From the NCBI GenBank assembly GCA_963721485.1, contig CAVRJV010000013.1, positions 169,464-233,463 on the forward strand: DNA of 64,000 bases, in the 5' to 3' direction. Source of the stretch: an uncultured delta proteobacterium. Its GTDB lineage: Bacteria > Desulfobacterota > Binatia > Binatales > Binataceae. Shown here piece by piece: positions 62,061 through 64,000 of this stretch. Made by a program: the position numbers and the translations under genes. The notes beneath the pieces were generated by a model that saw nothing but the letters and a program-made list of their open reading frames with translations, made no database searches and had not been told where the DNA came from. Position 1 is the stretch's first letter. Each line of letters begins with the position of its first letter.

Positions 62061-62151
62061 TTTGATGATGAAAGTCCATGCCTTACACGTAGCACAGAAA
62101 TTCTGTCGTAGTCAGGCTGAAAAGTTCATCCCCGCTGTCGCGGGGGCGAAA

Positions 62152-62451
62152 CTATTTGCGCGCCACCTCGGACAGGAACGTGATCTCGGGGCGTCCGGCG
62201 AGGATGGCGCCGATTTTGCCGCCGAACGCGCGCATGTGATCGGTCTTGCCGTGCGCTTCGAACGCGGCCTGGTCCTGATAGACCTCGTAGTAGATGAATT
62301 CGGTCGGGTCCTTCGAGTTCTTGTGCAGCACGTAGGAGAGGGTGCCGGGCTCGGCGGTTTTGACCGTCGCGATCATTTCCTTGCCGGCGGCTTCGAACTC
62401 GGCTTCCTTGCCGGGCTGCACTTTCAGTTTGGCAATCACAGTAATCGACAT
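62152..62451 (-). CDS. antibiotic-biosynthesis-monooxygenase (ABM) fold protein
   Basis: The sequence is MSITVIAKLKVQPGKEAEFEAAGKEMIATVKTAEPGTLSYVLHKN..EFIYYEVYQDQAAFEAHGKTDHM. The start is set at 62451. The ORF table start is 62514. Confidence 0.75.
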   Translation of the reverse strand: MSITVIAKLKVQPGKEAEFEAAGKEMIATVKTAEPGTLSYVLHKNSKDPTEFIYYEVYQDQAAFEAHGKTDHMRAFGGKIGAILAGRPEITFLSEVARK

Positions 62452-62606
62452 CGTGGGTCTCCTTGGAATTTCAAATTCAACTACCGTCGTATTCGGACGC
62501 GAGCGGTTTTTCAAGGCGAATCGACGCGCGGCAACGGCTGCTCTTTCATTGCGGCGCGGGGTCGATTAACACCAATGGCGACAATCGATCACGGGAGAAC
62601 ACCACG

Positions 62607-63746
62607 ATGCTTGGTTTCGATTTGACCGACGAACAGCGCGAACTGAAAGATCTGGCGCATAAGTTTGCCGAGCAGGAAATAATTCCGCGCGCGCGCGAAT
62701 ACGACGAGAAGGAAATTTTCCCGGTCGACGTGTGCGAGAAGGCGTTCGCCGCGGGGCTGATGAACTTCGGCGTGCCGAAGGAACTCGGCGGGCCGGGACT
62801 CGGGGTGCTCGACACGAGCCTGATCGTCGAGGAGCTGAACTACGGATGCGCGGGAATCTCGAACGCAATCGGCGCCAACGACCTCGCGACGCTGCCGATT
62901 CTGATTGCGGGCAACGAAGATCAGAAGCGCACCTACCTCGGGCAGCTGGTGAAGAAGCTGACGTTCTGCGCGTTCGCGATCACCGAGCCGGGCGCGGGCT
63001 CGGACGTCGCCGCGATGAGCACGACCTATCGGCGCGAGGGCGACGAGTACATCCTCAACGGCACCAAGCATTTCATCTCGAACGGGTCGCGCGCCGATTG
63101 GTACGTCACATTCGCGACGTCGGACAAGCGGCTCAAGCACAAGGGCATCTCGTGCTTCGTGTTTCCGTCGAGCGTGCCGGGAATCACGCGCAACCGGATG
63201 CATGGCAAGCTCGGGCAGCGCGCGGCTGACACCGGCGAGATTTTTTATGAAGACGTGCGCGTTCCCGCGAGCGCGCTGGTCGGGCGCGAAGGCGAAGGCT
63301 TCAAGTACGCGATGGCGACGTTCGATCACAGCCGGCCGGAGATTGGCGCGATTGCGATCGGGATTGCGCAGCGCGCGCTCGACGAATGCCTCAAGTACTC
63401 GAAGCAGCGCAACGCGTTCGGGCAGCCGATCGCGAACTTCCAGGCGATCCAGTTCATGATGGCCGACATGGCGATCCAAATCGAAGCGATGCGACTGCTG
63501 ACGTACAAGGCGGCGTGGCTGGTCGATAAGGGCGAAGGCGCCAATACGATTTCGGCATACGCGAAGGCATTCAGCGCCGATGCGACGATGGAGATTACGA
63601 CTGACGCGGTGCAGATTTTCGGCGGCTACGGGTACATGAAGGAGTACCCGGTCGAGAAGTTGATGCGCGACGCGAAGCTGCTGCAGATTTACGAAGGCAC
63701 GTCGCAGATCCAGCGCGTCGTGATCGCGCGGAATCTATTAAAATAA
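62607..63746 (+). CDS. acyl-CoA dehydrogenase
   Basis: The protein is intact from ATG 62607. It carries CAFAITEPGAGSD, GTKHFISNG, FGQPIANFQAIQFMMADM and GGYGYMKEYPVEKLMRDAKLLQIYEGTSQIQR. Confidence 0.92.
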   Translation: MLGFDLTDEQRELKDLAHKFAEQEIIPRAREYDEKEIFPVDVCEKAFAAGLMNFGVPKELGGPGLGVLDTSLIVEELNYGCAGISNAIGANDLATLPILIAGNEDQKRTYLGQLVKKLTFCAFAITEPGAGSDVAAMSTTYRREGDEYILNGTKHFISNGSRADWYVTFATSDKRLKHKGISCFVFPSSVPGITRNRMHGKLGQRAADTGEIFYEDVRVPASALVGREGEGFKYAMATFDHSRPEIGAIAIGIAQRALDECLKYSKQRNAFGQPIANFQAIQFMMADMAIQIEAMRLLTYKAAWLVDKGEGANTISAYAKAFSADATMEITTDAVQIFGGYGYMKEYPVEKLMRDAKLLQIYEGTSQIQRVVIARNLLK

Positions 63747-63795
63747 AACCCCTCCTGGGTTTCATGCTTCCCTGGGCAGGGTTAAACCCTGCACC
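63745..63795 (-). repeat. two-hairpin intergenic element, copy 2 (inverted relative to copy 1)
   Basis: The reverse complement reads GGTGCAGGGTTTAACCCTGCCCAGGGAAGCATGAAACCCAGGAGGGGTTTT. The architecture is the same as 28542-28594. Confidence 0.65.
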
Positions 63796-63852
63796 TTAGA
63801 ATTAGGGAAGATGCGGGACTTCGTCCCTGTTAGGAAGTAGGTTGGGGGAGAA

Positions 63853-64000
63853 TCAGTCGGCGGGGGTTGGGACTGGATGCGGGATTGGGGGATCCTGGTC
63901 GGCGGGTTCGTTGCCCGTCACCGAGCCGACGTAGCCGCCTTTATGATACACGTCGACCTGGCCGGTGGTCGGGTCGGGTAGCAGGTTCCATTCGTCGGGC
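63853..64000 (-). CDS. C-terminal fragment of a hypothetical protein (5' end off-window)
   Basis: The open frame reads ..PDEWNLLPDPTTGQVDVYHKGGYVGSVTGNEPADQDPPIPHPVPTPAD*. It is too short to classify. Confidence 0.3.
   Translation of the reverse strand, partial: PDEWNLLPDPTTGQVDVYHKGGYVGSVTGNEPADQDPPIPHPVPTPAD

Overview
This is a 64-kb chromosomal segment from a high-GC bacterium. Hand-counted 60-nt lines are mostly 65-70% G+C. The cell envelope is Gram-negative in type: LptD, AMIN-AmiC and a SPOR protein are present. Most of the window is housekeeping: glnD, amiC, mutS, an aldehyde dehydrogenase, gcvT-gcvPA-gcvPB, folD, recD2, argS, a complete trpEGDCFBA operon followed by accD and folC, lptD, polA, a gldA/F/G-like ABC cluster, acpS and an acyl-CoA dehydrogenase. 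I recognised no rRNA, tRNA, CRISPR array, integrase or transposase by eye.

Four points stand out.
1. The consensus carries many frame disruptions. They are clustered in blocks, and where I could diagnose them they sit in short homopolymers. I therefore call whole genes across frames and treat the breaks as probable sequencing or assembly errors.
2. A lower-GC cassette of four genes lies at about 5.3-7.56 kb, immediately upstream of mutS. It encodes a zinc-ribbon protein, a small beta-rich protein, an Mrr-like PD-(D/E)xK nuclease fusion and a small helical protein. It is the best candidate for an uncharacterised defence or conflict system.
3. The trp operon is preceded by a textbook leader peptide (WWRW) and a terminator/antiterminator.
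4. There are several intergenic repeat families, an Nmad3-like/NUDIX divergent pair, a ParDE-like toxin-antitoxin pair, and an ECF sigma/anti-sigma module translationally coupled to polA.

All functional calls come from reading the translated ORFs by eye. No database search was run.
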